Assembly (NCBI GenBank): GCA_043228905.1
Contig: JBHGNT010000011.1
Span: forward strand, 10,292,001-10,356,000
DNA length: 64,000 nt
Reading direction: 5' to 3'
Source of the DNA: Azolla caroliniana
Taxonomy: Eukaryota; Plantae; Polypodiophyta
Of the stretch, positions 50,590 to 64,000 are shown in pieces. The notes under the pieces are model-generated. The model had not been told where the DNA came from, did no database searches, and saw only the letters and a program-made list of their open reading frames with translations. Every line of letters begins with the position of its first letter. Position 1 is the first letter of the stretch. The position numbers were made by a program, and so were the translations under genes.

Positions 50590-53549
50590 AAACCGAACCG
50601 TTTAGAACTAAACCATTTACGAAAAATTTAGAACCAAACCAAATTGATTTATCATAAATCAAAACCAAATGGAACAAAACTATTTAATCCTAAACAAGTT
50701 GGGCAATTAAACAAATTTGAAAAAACAAATAGTTAGACATAGAAGATACTTATTCCATTTATATTACCTTGAAATGAGTGAGCTCACACATGATCAAACT
50801 TGTTCTAATTCTTGCCATTTTTCATTACATTTGCAAAACAAATCTCATCACCAAGACATCATGGGGGGAATTAGCCATGGGCCCTGTTTGGTTTCTTTGC
50901 CTTGAAACCAAACCCTTTAAACATAATAAAAACTGAACCAAATTGTTTAAAAATTATCAAGTTATTTAAACTGACCATTCAGAAACAAACCATTAAAAAG
51001 TTAGAGAAGACAAACCATTTACGAGAAATTTAGAACCAAACCAAACCATTTTTACACACAATGTAACTAGAGACTCAAGAAACATCATAATAAATAGAAC
51101 CAGAGATTAGAAATAAAAACAAAATAGAGATTAGACATAATAAACAGAACCAAAGATTAGACGTAATAAACTTCTAGTTACTCATTGCTTCCATCAAGCA
51201 CGTCCATCATTCCTAATTTTAATGTAATTTCCGCTTGCTAGTTATTCGAAAAATTCAATGAGCACAATTGAGGAAAGGTAGTGGAAATAACAAGCAAAAA
51301 CTATCGTGTAACTTGAAGACAAAGAATGATGATACTTCACAATCTCCTCTGAAAAGGTATAGGAGAACAAATATCTAATCTTCTCCTTCAGTTATGATCT
51401 AGAAAATATGCTCACGGAGGTTTTGATACTCCGAGTTCAAAAAGAGTACTTGTTTAATTAATGCATAGAATCAAAGCCTTTAAAAGATCATAATGATGAC
51501 TTCATATCCCATTCTCTGCAAATAACAGAAGTGCTTCCATGTTCAACCAAATAGATGTTGTAATTGTGATTTGCATTGCAATTTCCATGCTCATGATTGA
51601 TCTCCTTGGAAAAAGTACTATTTTTTGAAGAAAGATTAGACATAAATGAGATGAGATACATAGAGAGAAGATGTGTGGGCTATTGAATGCAGATGATGTG
51701 TATGGAAAGTGGGTGGATAACTAGTAAATAGATATAACCAGGTATAGATAAGTTAGAGACATATGCCAAAGTGCAAGATAAATATGAGATGTCGCCTAGA
51801 TGTAAGTAGACATATGGTGGTAAGCTTTTGTACAACCAACACAGGGTAATAGTAACTGAGAATGATAGGATAATTTAGGCAAGGACTATCCGATAAGGGG
51901 ACTATGTACAAAAGGACATATTCAACTAATGGAGTATATTCTTTTTTGGAAATGATAGAGTGCAACTTTTTGTAGAAAGATTCAATATAATATATAGAAC
52001 TATGTATCTAGAACATCATGATTCTGTAAATAAATTCTACCAGAGATAGAATAACAGAAATTTACATCACATTTTCAATGCCGATGGCCTATTAACGTTC
52101 TGAAAAAACTACTAGTTTGTGGAGGAAGAGCAGATAAAGCATATAAACTAAAGGGTTTTGGTAATGATAACAAACAACCCAAAATCCCACAACCTATGAA
52201 TAACAATAGATCTAACATAGTTCAAATGAAGTATTTTCTAAATCTCTTTAACAAGTGTACATTAAGTTCATATCCACAACAAAAGAAAAATGTGAAGTGG
52301 ATACATTAGATACCCTACTCACTCTCCCATTCATTACTAGATTGTTCCCAACTTTTAGGTGTACTTCCATAGAACCTCTATGTAAACTAATACTCCTCTT
52401 TTAGTTTCCAATGTTTAAATTATAGCTAGTTTACTTTAAGTATTATTTGTAGCGTCATTGTAATATGTCCTCATCTAGTCTAAAATAGTTATGCTCTTTG
52501 GTGTATATTTGTTTCTCTTTAATCTTTCTCTCATCCATTGTGTGAGAACTATGCAACTAGTTCTCTAACTATTTCCATGGTATTAGTTGAACATGTGGAT
52601 AGCCAACCAATCTTATGTTTGTAAAGTTGTTGAAAGGAGTTGACCCATAAGCTCACTATCATTCGTATGTTATGGAAGAAGAAAACTAAATTTTTTATTC
52701 TACCACCAACACAACTTCATGGAAGCTTCAACTTTTGCAAGAGTTGAACTCAATCAAACAATGGGACATGTTTATAAGCAATTATACCCTCAAAACCAAT
52801 TGATTGTGTTATTCAATTGAATTTGTGTGAGGATCAATGAGGAGGAGATGGTGGAGACAATGCTATTTAAGGTCTCCAACCTAATGGGCTTATAATCACT
52901 ATGGTGGAAGCAATATCCCATTGATGTTATTCGAGGAGGAAAATCCCTACAATAGAAACAAACATGGGTATATATAACTTGTACTAACATGTGGACATGG
53001 AAGAAGAGCGGTGAGTAGACGATATAGTGGAGAAGGAAGACATTCACACGAAGCGGATATCTTTCAACACCAAACAAAAGCAAAAGAGGAAACTCTAAAA
53101 GATTGGAGAGTTTCAATTGTTCTAGGTTGATGGCCTATCTTAGTGAGGATTGTTTCTATTCTCTTGGATGAGGTTAGCATAGTCTTATGCCTTCTTAATT
53201 TCAGCCCTATGGCTTGGTTAACATGTTAGGTGTGTCACTAATCGAAGACTTTGTTTGCTTTGGACTAGTTTTGTCTCTATTTCCTTTTTTTTCTTTTTTC
53301 TAAGTCTTATTATGTTTGTGGTTTATGCTATTTGCTAAGCTTGGGTGATTACTCATGAATCCATTTTAGATGGCATAAGTGATAGTAGATTCATGCCATT
53401 CTTCTATTTATAGGCAATATATAGTTAGGTGTTCAAGACTTGCCACGTCCTTAGCAAGTGACTTTGCATTGAAACCAAATAATCAAGTCTTGGGTTTATT
53501 GGTCTATATGGAGTTCTAAGCACACTTCTTCCTTGGTGTCTCTCCAAGT

Positions 53550-54450
53550 CGACCCCATTAGATTTTTCATGCCAAAAGAGACTAATGAGGTATATCATCT
53601 AAGTATACAGAACAAAAGAAATTGACAAGATGTAAAAGGGTAAGGATAAATAAGAGAAATTACATTGAGGTGGGAGTGTTGAGAATCAAACTCAACTTAA
53701 CTTAGGGTGTGAACACACCTTAAGAATAGGCACGTGTGTGAACACACCACATTCTGTAACAATAACTAATAGGCATGTTGGGGTTTTGGACTAGGAGTAG
53801 GAAGAATTTGAGACATGTCTAGTTATGAATAGACTGCAAGAAAAAGAGTTCGAAATTTATGAATCCCACAAGTATAATGTATTTTATTAATCAACATTTA
53901 GATAAGAATATGAATTTAGATTGAAAGAGAAGGATATAGACACCTTGTGAATCCCACGAGTATAGTTAATTTTAATAAATATTTAAAACCCTAATAATAA
54001 ATTAGAATACATTGGAAGAGAGAGATATAGAAAACTTGTGAATCCCACAAGCATAATGTATTGTATTAATCATTATTTTTGAACCCTAATGATTTTTGAT
54101 CCATAATGTTCTCTTCTCACTTACATCTTATTCCATCCTTATATTGTGATGGGAGAGGCTTAGCAATTCATGCTTTTTCTCACTATGGACTCCATGCTTT
54201 CTTTATCTATAGACTATATGCTTTCTCTAACATGTTTTTTCTAAAAGTGACCATGTTTTTTCTCACTATGGACTCCATGCTTTCTTTATCTATAGACTAT
54301 ATGCTTTCTCTAACATGTTTTTTCTAAAAGTGATCATGCTTTTTCTAACCTCATGCGTTTTTTTTATGAACTATAGTGTTCATGCATGCTAGATGTGCAT
54401 GTGTAGATTTTTTCTATCACGCGTTTTCTTCTAACTAAAGCTTTTCCTAG
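53550..54450 (+). mobile_element. Possible ancient copia 3' end plus LTR remnant
   Basis: PPT-like TTGAGGTGGGAG followed by TGTTGAG at about 53677; three GAATCCCAC repeats; 83-bp tandem duplication at 54169-54345. No TSD found. Confidence 0.35.
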
Positions 54451-54811
54451 AAAATAAGTGTGAAGTAACCTTTCTATGTGGGATATCTACATTTTTAGCA
54501 CTTATAATGTGTTAGTATAATGGTAAGGCTTCAAATTATTGAATCACCATCAATAACTAAGCAACATTGGCATGTTGGAGGAGCGGACTGAGGAGGCGAT
54601 GGAGAAACGAGTAGAGAAACAAGCATTGTTGGTGAAGAAACGAGCAACGACGAGAGAAGGAAATGAGCAGCAGATTGAGGAGGCGATGGAGGAAAAGAAG
54701 ACGAGGGCTCCGTCGAAAGGAAAAGCTTCCTTCCATCGTCCTTGATGGCTCTCTTTGCCTTTGCGTCAGCAAACCTCTCGTCGAATAGCGCAATCCAAAC
54801 CGGGATTCGCA

Positions 54812-57808
54812 ATGAAGGTAGTTGACAGGGACAAGTCTTTGGCAACTGGAGGCAAAACGATTGGAAGGCAGCTATTGTTGATGCAAGGACAAAGCACAGA
54901 GAGCTGCAACAATCTTTTGGAGATGGCGATGGTCAAACTTCCTCTAGTGGACATAATCGGAATAGGTATGGATCCAAACCCTCCTCGAGCTGAAATATTA
55001 GATACTTGTATGCATTCGGACCAAAGGACCAGAAGTTGATAGGGGGGGAGGTGAATAGGGCACTTGCTGAAATGAATACCAAGGAAATCATGGACATTGG
55101 CATGATGGAAAAGGAGTTTAGTGACTTTGATCTAGTCCAAGAGAAGTCGGTGGAGGAGAACATTGACGAAAGAAAAAAAATCGACCTTTATCTTTCTCTG
55201 GCCGAGAATCAAAGGTTGGTTGAAGAAGTGGGTAGGTTGAAGTGTTCGTCATTCATATGTCAGCTATTACGAGGGCACCCTAGTAAAGGGTTGTTAAGAG
55301 ACATGTTGCAAGCAGCCCTTTTGGGTAAAATGCCGACTATCCAAAACATTTTGCGAATGGGCCTTAACTATCACCATGTGATCTTAGAAGAAGGTCATAA
55401 TGTGCAAGAAATTCTGGCCCACAAATGGATTACGCTCAAGTATGGCAAAGCCATGATTTTGGAATGGAGTCCAGACTTTGATGCAATGGAGGAGCAAAAA
55501 AAGCGGGCACTCTAGTGGTCATTACCGTATGCTTCCCAGACCTACCCTTCCCACTCCATCATTTGATCCTAAAGTTAGCACACAATGCTGGGATGGTATG
55601 TATAGAGAAACCCTCATTTGCAGATAAGGCTGCAGAAATCCCCAAGCTTAAGGTGTTGGTTAGAGACATAAAAGAACTACCAATAGAGATTAGAGCCCAC
55701 ATAGAGGATTTTGGCCTAAGGGTGGTGAAGGTTGGCTATGAAGGCTTGCCGGTCAGTGCTTTGCATGTAAGGAAATGGGCCATATGACCAAACATTGCTC
55801 TCTGTATTGGAAGAAAAGAGAAGACAAGGGAAATCAGGGCATCAAGATGCCCGATAACCCAACGTTAGTGATGGGAGGGCGGAAGATCCTCGCTCATGAT
55901 GGGAAGCAAGTCACTAGGGAAGAAGGATGGGTAACGCCAAGGAAAGTGGCCGGGTCTAACATTCACAATCTTAAGGGTCCTCCTACAAGTGATGGTTCCA
56001 GTTCGAATAGATTTGATATCTTGTCCCAAAGGGAAGAGGAAACCCAAGAGGGCAAGATAATTTTGACGATTCCAATTGATTTGCTTCCAAGAGTCGAGAC
56101 CCTCGAAACACTTGTAGAGCCCTCTGAAAGCCAGAGCAAGAGATTTTCATCAGACCTAAGAACGGTTAAGGCATGGATTAGGAAAGGGAAAGACAAGGAT
56201 AATCATGCGGACATGGGTAATAGTGAAATGTAGAAAATGATTGCCCAAATTGAGGCCGGGAATCCTCGATTGTAGGAGTTGACTTTGTTATGATGAAAGA
56301 CTAGTGGATGAAAGGTATGAAGGTTCCCAAGGTCGCGGTGAACATTGGTAATCCCAAGGAAAGAGTTCACAGTTGGAATAGAGCACATATTGTCCTCATC
56401 AATAATGACTCTGGTAGACCGGAAATCGGTTGCTCCTTTGAATTGGAGCCTGATTTGGAAGATGGAAGGGGAGAAGAATCCTCCTTGAAGACATTGTGTA
56501 ACAGGGCAACAATGTGTATGCGGTACCTTACATCTGAAAATGAGGCTAAAGGGTTGCATGCACAATGGAAGAACTCCCCGATACATGGGGAGATTCTAGA
56601 ACTTGGTCCAAATGTTCCCTTGGTTTGCATATGGAGGGTGCACGGTCTTATGCTAAATCCTGGTCAGTTCTACTTCCATTGTGGTGAATTACCCACGGAT
56701 AAAAAATGGGAAATAAGAATGGAGTGGGAAAGTATATAGAGTATGATGACGACATATTTGTCGAGCAAGGGTGAATCCCCTTTGGCTCTTCTTTTGAACC
56801 CAAGTCAATGAGACTTTTCTCTTGGAATGTGCAGGACTTGGTGGGTCACATCATATGCTTGGGAAGAGAATTTTTAGGAAGGAATTTGAAGTTGTTAGCT
56901 TATGTAGGACGATTGATATTTTTCTCTTACAAGAGCATCACCTTGGACGAGAAAGGACAGAACTTTTCAAAGACCCGTTGCCAGGGGATTGGCACACATG
57001 GTGGGCTCCAGCTCACGGTGTGCTAGAGAGGAGAGGTGGAGTTTGTATTTCGGTGAGAAAATCACCGGATATCGTCATTTTGGATCATGGCATACTGATA
57101 GATGGAAGGGTCATGTTCTACTACCTGGAATGGAGGAATGTGAAATTTGGGGTGCTGAATGTCTATGCACCAAATAGTAGCAGTGAGAGGACCTCATTTT
57201 GGAGTGATCTGGTAAACAAAATTCCCTCCTACGACAACTGGATAGTAGCAGGAGATTTCAACATGACCAAGAGAACCGATGATTGTCTAGGGGCCACTCG
57301 AAGTTGTTACAGGGAGAGGAGCTTAGAGCATGGGGTTTCTTAATTGCTATGCTTGGAATCAGAGATTCTTGGTATTCTAGTATGGTGGTTGAGGAGAATT
57401 CCTTGCGGTTTTCATGATTTGGTTGGAAGGAGAGTGAAGGATGTCACTCTAGATTGGACCGCATCTATGTGAGCCCTAGAATTGAGGATTGGAGCGGTTG
57501 CACATCCATTCTAGCTCGCTTTACCTACTCCGATAACCTTCAAGTTTCCTTGACTCTCGATCCTATTCATAAGAAGAAGAGTGAGCGCAATTTGAGGATT
57601 CCTCCGAAGATTTTTGGTATCTAGAAGGTTAAGGATGAAGTGATTAACATCTGGTCAGCATCTCCATCATCTGAAGACCCGATACAGGTACTGGAGGAAA
57701 AGATTATTAATTCTTCACATGCTCTTCAAAAAGCGGTGAGAGAGGAGCTGGTAAGGTGTCAATTCCAGTTACAACGCTTGAGGTAGGCAGTCATCTCAGC
57801 TCAAAAAC
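54812..57808 (+). mobile_element. L1-clade LINE, degenerate: ORF1 and the endonuclease part of ORF2, interrupted by copia G
   Basis: ORF1 fragments with knuckle CFACKEMGHMTKHC (about 55757-55798). ORF2 from 56808: MRLFSWNV, IDIFLLQEH, NVYAPN, WIVAGDFN and SRLDRIYVS (APE endonuclease). 5' boundary uncertain. Confidence 0.88.
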
Positions 57809-58072
57809 TATTGGGAAATCAGTCTCTTCAGATGGGATCTGGTGATGAATAAAGAGGACCCGATGAGAACCGGAAGAGATCCGGAAACTGGAGGAGACTT
57901 GGTGAGAACCGGAAGAGAGCCGGTGAGAACTGAAAGAGAGAAATATATGTAAATATTTTTTGAGCAAGCCTATTGAGGCTATATTTGTAAAGCCCTAAGT
58001 TCATATAAGTATAAATATGACTTAGGGCATTCACTTTGTAAGTGTGTTTTAGTTGTCATACTGTTGTAACTG

Positions 58073-58118
<46 letters not shown>

Positions 58119-61100
58119 CTACGAGCACCCTCTATTGTAACTGCCGTCTAGCGAAGATCGCAAGCACGAGGTCGTTGCCTCTATGCCTCCACTTTGTATT
58201 TCCTCTCATATAATGATAGTTGGAGTCCGTGGGCTCCCGTGGTTTTTCCCTATTAGGGTTTTCCATGTAAACATCCTGTGTCATTTCTGTGTACTCTCTC
58301 ATTCTTTCCCATTTCTGTGATTCAAGACTCGATTGTGGCCGAGCGATATTCTGCACCATTTCCTTACAAACTGGTGTCAGAGTGAACAACACAAAAAATG
58401 GAAGAATCGTTCGGTGGCATGTTCAAGCTCATTGGCTCCAACTACTCAGTGTGGAAGTCGAAGATGAGGGATATGCTGGTGGTTAAAGATCTTTGGTTGC
58501 TAGTTCAATTCGGGGACAAGAGACCGGATAAGATCGACGCCACAGTGTGGGAGGTGATGCACATGAAGACGACGACATACATCCGATGCTTCATCGACAC
58601 GAGCCTGTACAACAACTTCAATGAAGAGAGCAAGGCTCATGAACTATGGGAGAAGATCGGCATCATGTTCCAGAACAAGAATGCCGTTAATTGGGTTTCG
58701 GTATTCCGGAAGCTAGTGAGGCTCCGGTACCAGGACAACTCCAGTATGGCGGAGCACATGAATGCCTTCCAGGGGCTGATACATCAAGCAACCTCCTTAG
58801 AATTACCTCTCGCCGATGAGGTACTTGCATTACTCCTACTTGGTTCCCTCCCAGATAGCTGGGAGACGTTAGTTGTCACGTTGGGCAACGTCGGGCCGGA
58901 AGGAAAACAATTGTCCCTAGCAAGGGTAAAATCAAGCTTGTTAGATGAAGAAGCTCGCCGGAAGGAATGGGAGTCCGGAACCGATCCGAAGGCCTTGGTC
59001 ATGGAAGATGACCACAACCGGGGAAGAGGCCAGTATCGGAGTCCCCAAAACTGGGACAAATCGAGGACGAGGTCGAAGTCAAGGGGGAGGCCCACGTGCT
59101 TCTATTGCGGGAATCTGGGACACTTCCAAAAGAACTGCCGGCATTTCCGGAAGGAGAAAGAAACCGGCACTACCGATTCGAAGAAGAGTTCGGACTGAAA
59201 CAGTTCGGACTAGAGAGGCCCGGATCAGAAAGGAACGTCGGCGATCGTGACAAGTGAAGAACTGATGCTCATTACCGAAGAGAATGAGTTAAACCTTGTC
59301 GGCGAGGAGACAACATGGCTTGTCGATTCCAGAGCATTGTTCCACCTGACACCGTATCGGAAATGCTTCTCATCCTACACAATCGGTGATCATGGTTGTG
59401 TCCGGATGGGGAATGAAGGCATATGCCAAATTATCGTCATAGGAGATGTGTTGTTGGCTACATCAACCGGATGCAAATTGCTGCTGAAGGATGTGCGACA
59501 CATTCCGGAGGTTCGACTGAACTTGATATCAGCCGATCGGCTAGATGATGAAGGCTACACAGGTAGTATCCGAAACGGTGTTATGAAATTCAGCAAGGGA
59601 AGCTTGATAGTGGCTCGAGCCTGGAAGATCAACACACTGTACTTGATGAATGCCCGAATATGCCGGGAAGAAGTGAACGTAGCATCCGACACTGCCGGTG
59701 AGTTGTGGCACAAAAGACTGTGTCACATGAGTGAGAAGGGGATGAAGAGGCTTGCCGAAGACAACCTCATTCCGATGAAGGACGTGCAACTTGAGAAGTG
59801 CACTGATTGCTTGGCCAAAAAGCAAAACTGAACCTCCTTCCGGTCAAGACCACCAATGAGACGGAATGCACCACTGGAGCTGGTACATACCGATGTGTGT
59901 CAAGTGGACACGAAGTCACATGCCAGATCGCAGTACTTCGTGACGTTCATAGATGACCACAACCGGAAGCTGTGGGTCTCACCATTGAAGACGATGGATC
60001 AGGTGCTATCCTTCTTCAAGGAGCTCCACGCGAGAGTGGAAAGAGAAACCGGCCGGAAGCTGAAGGCGTTTCGAGCAGATAACGGAGGAGAATACCGGGG
60101 GCAGTTCGAGGAGTACTGCCAGTAGAAGGGAATCCGGATCGAGTTTACTGTGCCGAAGATGCCGGAACTAAACGGGCTGGCTGAAATTATGAACCGGACC
60201 ATAATGGAGAGAGTCCGAAGCATACTAGCACATGCAAAGTTACCCAAGACATTTTGGGTTGAGGCGCTGACAACGGCGACCTATGTGATAAATAGATCAC
60301 CCTCAGCACCCTTGGAAGGAGACTCAGCTCAGAAAGTATGGACTGGTAAAGATGTATCTTACCGACATCTGAAGGTGTTCGGGTGTCTCACATATGTGCA
60401 TGTTGCAAAGGACAAGAGAGCAAAGCTGGATCCGAAGTCCAAGCCATGCATATTCCTTGGATATAGCGATGATGAGTTCGGTTACTGGGTGTGGGATCTG
60501 GTCGACAAGAAGGTGTTCCAGAGTCGAGACATAGTCTTCATGGAAGACAGGACCATTGCCGATTGGGAGTTAGAGAAGGTGATGAACTCTGGATCATGCA
60601 TTGAAAACTGTTACCGTACGAGATGTACGGGTGATTGATAAGTGTGATAATTGAGGGTGAAAGATGTAATGTATGTGTAATGTTATACGATTATGAGTGT
60701 GAATGTAAGTGTGAGTGTGGTGGATACAAAGAGGTATGAGTGAGTGACTCGGTGTGAATGCCCAAGGGGACTTGCACCCTTGTGTATCTACCCTTTTGTA
60801 ACTATTTAACCCCCCTTATGGGGAATGAATGAAAAAAAAGGATCATTTCTCTCTCTCTCTCTCTCTCCCTTAACGTTGAACCCCCTTGGGAGGGGGATGG
60901 AGCCATTCTAGGCACCACCCCCCACCCCTCAATGCTTGTCTTGTTCCTCATGTTCTCTCTCACCATCATACCATTCATCATCTCTACCATTACGCCATGT
61001 CTACGATCATCATCAATAATCATCATAATAATATATTAACCCTAACCCTAAAACGTACAACAAAAACCGGCTCGAGGACACAAGGACTTACCTAGTTGAA

Positions 61101-61616
61101 AACCGAACGCTAGCCGGTAACCGGATGACACTCGAGGAACCAACCAGATATGGACAATAAACCGAACTGACCGAAGAAGAAGAAGAAGAAGATACCGGAA
61201 CCGGACAAGATCCCGAATCGGACTCAGACTCGGAACAAACGGAGAAACCGGCAGTCAGAAACTAGGGACGGAGATATCCTCTCCGAGAGAGAAGAGCCCC
61301 CCGAAGATTTCTGGATGCAGAGCATGTGTTGCTAACTGATGAGGGGGAGCCGGAAAGCTTTGAAGAAGGAAAGAGAGACACCCACAACCGCAAGTGGTTG
61401 AGTGCCATGCAGGATGAGATGGATTCCCTGCATGAGAACCACACATATGAACTCGACAGAGTTGCCGAAAGGGAAGAGAGCACTCCGGAGCAAGTGGGTG
61501 TACAAGTTGAAACTGGGAGATGCCGGAAATCCACCTAGGCATAAGGCCCAAATCGTGGTGAAGGGCTTCCAACAGAAGAAAGGAGTGGATTTCGATGCGA
61601 TCATTGCCCTGGTAGT
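57809..61616 (+). mobile_element. Ty1/copia element G (same family as F), degenerate, interrupted by a solo LTR and by H
   Basis: 5' LTR 57809-58368 (TG mutated to TA); PBS TGGTGTCAGAGT (58372-58383); gag 58398-59198; PR/IN fragments to about 60600; RT start to 61616. Confidence 0.92.
60609..61062. mobile_element. Solo LTR (454 bp) inside G
   Basis: TGTTACCGTACG...CGTACAACA ends and perfect TSD AAAAC (60604-60608, 61063-61067). Removal restores collinearity with F. Confidence 0.85.
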
Positions 61617-64000
61617 TGTTGAGAGACAAGCTCAACATCGGCCGGATCGGCTGAAGAAGCCGAGGACCGGATCGGTTGGGACCGATCGGTTAGGCCGAAT
61701 GCGTAAACCGGTACGCAGACTGGTGCGTAGGTAGGGCCGGATCGGTGTGTAAACCGGGAGGCCATTAGGAAAGATATTCCGTGAGGAATATATTTGGGAG
61801 TTAGTGTAGGAGCTCTTGATTAGTATTGAAGTACTGTCAGTACTTCGGTTAGTCCTTCTAGGACTTGTATAAAAGTGTTCATTGAACACACATATGTATA
61901 GAGTGTGTTGAATATAGTTCTTGTGCTTTCTCTCTCTCACTCTCTTTGTCTCTCCCGCATATACTGCGTAAGCTCAAGCTCTCCATTAAACTTGAGTTTT
62001 CTTCCTTCTGTTCGGTCTTCATACTTGCTTTCGCATGCTACTTTTTACATGGTATCAGAGCGCGAGGGTTGAGAACCTCTTTGCAGCCGACACAGCTTGA
62101 CGAAGAAGAACGATGGATAGACGCATGGCGAGCTCGCTTCCAACAGAGAAGCTCGACAGAACCAACTACGCGTCTTGGTCCTATAAGATGCACCAATACC
62201 TGCTCGGGCACGACTACTGGAGTTATGTCGAAGGAGCTAATGACGCGGCACTCGAATTGATGCACAGAGACTTCCCGTCATGGGAGCAATCGGCGAGCAG
62301 GGTATTATACTGCTTTGCGTCGTGTGTGGGCGAACAACTATTGAGCTATGTTCGGGATGCAAAGATGCCGAAGGGTGCGTGGGAAAATCTGAAGAAGATT
62401 TTTGCCGCGAGCACCACAACCAGGAAGCTTCAGCTCCGACAGGAGTTGAGCAACCTACGACAACGCGACTTGTCGGTGGCGGACTATACCTCGAAGATGA
62501 AGGATATCTGCGACTCCCTCGCCTCCATAGAGGTGAACATCGAGGAGAGTGAGATGGTCTAGATCTGTCTCGGAGGTTTGGCGTCGAAGTTCGGAGCGTT
62601 CCGAACGGCTGTGTGTACCCGGGAGAATACGTTGTCCTTTTTCGACTTACAGTCAATGCTCCTGGTAGAGGAGAACCACGTGGGTGCGTCTACAAGCACG
62701 CACACCGACAACAGAATGCTGTACATGGAGGGAGATAGGCCCCGTGGACGTGGAGGACGAGGTGAGTCGGCGCGCAATGGAGGCGGCCGACGAGATCAAG
62801 GAAGAAGGCACCGAAGTGATGCTGACAGCAACTCTGGACCCTCCGGAAATAGGGGTAGTCGAAGCGATGAGAACCGGCAAGGGAAGGCCATCGCGGAGTG
62901 CTGGTACTGTGGCAAGAAAGGCCACAAGGAAAGTGAGTGCTGGAAGAAGCGCGCCGATTCGGAGAGAACCGGTTCCGGAAATGGCTCCGGACATACCGAC
63001 GAGGGAAATCGGCAACGATCGCACTACGCCGAAGACTCCGGGAGAGCCGGAGAAGGGTCTGCCTTCGTGTCAAGACACAAAGCAAACTCAATGAAACAGA
63101 CCACCCCGAGATCGGACGAGGTGTGGTACGTAGACTCCGGCGCGTCAAACCACATGACGAGCCATAAGGAGTGGTTCTCGTATCTTGAGAAACCGATACA
63201 ACCTGGAGTAGTCACAACTGGAGACGACACTCCGCATCCGATCGCGAATGTCGGAGAAGTTCCCCTTAGCCATGTCAGGCAGAAAGGGAATCTCATGAAC
63301 GTGCTGCACGATCCGACAATTACGAAGAACTTGGTCTCGGTCGGACAGATCGTCGACCAAGGGATGGAGGTTCGGTTTACACACCTCGGGTGCTTCATTG
63401 AGGAAGAAGGCCATGTGATTGCGCAAGGGCGCAGAGACGGGAGGATGTTCATCCTCGACTCCACTGACGGCGGCACCACAATGTTCGCGAAGGGACAAAA
63501 ATCCGAGTCAGACACCGACTTTTGGCACAAGCGGATAGGCTACGTCAACTACCAACGGCTTCAAGATCTGCAATCGAAACAGGTAGTGTTCGGATTGCCC
63601 AAATTTAGTGGCCGAAAGGCACAAATTTGTGAAGCTTGCCAGCTCGGGAAGCAACACCGACTTCCTTTTCCCAACGAGCGAAACCGGAGCTGGAACAAGC
63701 TCAACCTTATACACTCCGATGTATGGGGGCCAACACAAAACGTTACTCTTGGCGGGAGCCGATATTTCGTCTCCTTCATCGACGACCACACGCGGCACAC
63801 GTGGATCTACCTCATTGAGAGGAAGAGCGAAGTCTTCGACTGTTTCCGGGACCTCAAAGGGTTCGTGGAAACGGAAACGGGACGTAAGATCCAGTGCCTG
63901 CGGTCGGATGGCGGGAAAGAGTACTTTTCTGGTCAATTCAACGGTTATCTACAACAAATGGAAATTCGGCGCAAATTCAGTTGTAGATACACGCCGGAGC
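61617..64000 (+). mobile_element. Ty1/copia element H (a different lineage from D/F/G), 5' part; runs off the right edge
   Basis: LTR 61617-62049; PBS TGGTATCAGAGC 62050-62061. Gag from about 62125 (KLDRTNYASWSYKM) with one TAG at 62560, then ECWYCGKKGHKESEC, WYVDSGASNHMT, LWHKRIG and LIHSDVWGP. Confidence 0.92.

Noticed and set aside
51100-53500. Short ORFs and faint copia-like peptides in AT-rich DNA (also 33030-35100 and 37000-38500)
   Set aside because: Too decayed to define ends, TSDs or domains.

Overview
Eukaryotic nuclear DNA from a land plant; the LTR lineages present suggest a seed-free plant such as a fern, lycophyte or bryophyte (inference). 1-33 kb is a nest of LTR retrotransposons resolved by their target-site duplications (TSDs). 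It holds three Ty3/gypsy elements of the chromovirus/Tf1-sushi type (A, B, C), a tRNA-Trp-primed non-chromoviral gypsy (E), Tnt1/Tork-like copias (degenerate F and an intact D whose LTRs look identical) and three solo LTRs. 33-54 kb holds a TRIM, a 5'-truncated LINE, a multi-exon AMSH-like JAMM deubiquitinase gene (- strand), two tandem tRNA-Ala genes and a hAT MITE. 54-64 kb is a decayed L1 LINE with nested copias (G, H) and a solo LTR. Three observations stand out. (1) The tRNA-Ala genes have a plant-type body but a GGC anticodon with the A32-U38 signature of bacterial tRNA-Ala(GGC). (2) A, B and C each have a different PBS that matches their own LTR 32-33 nt after the TATA box, as in Tf1-type self-priming. 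(3) The LTRs of B and C begin with an antisense tRNA-like A-box/B-box module of identical spacing. All coordinates were read by eye, and family names come from motif recognition, not database searches.
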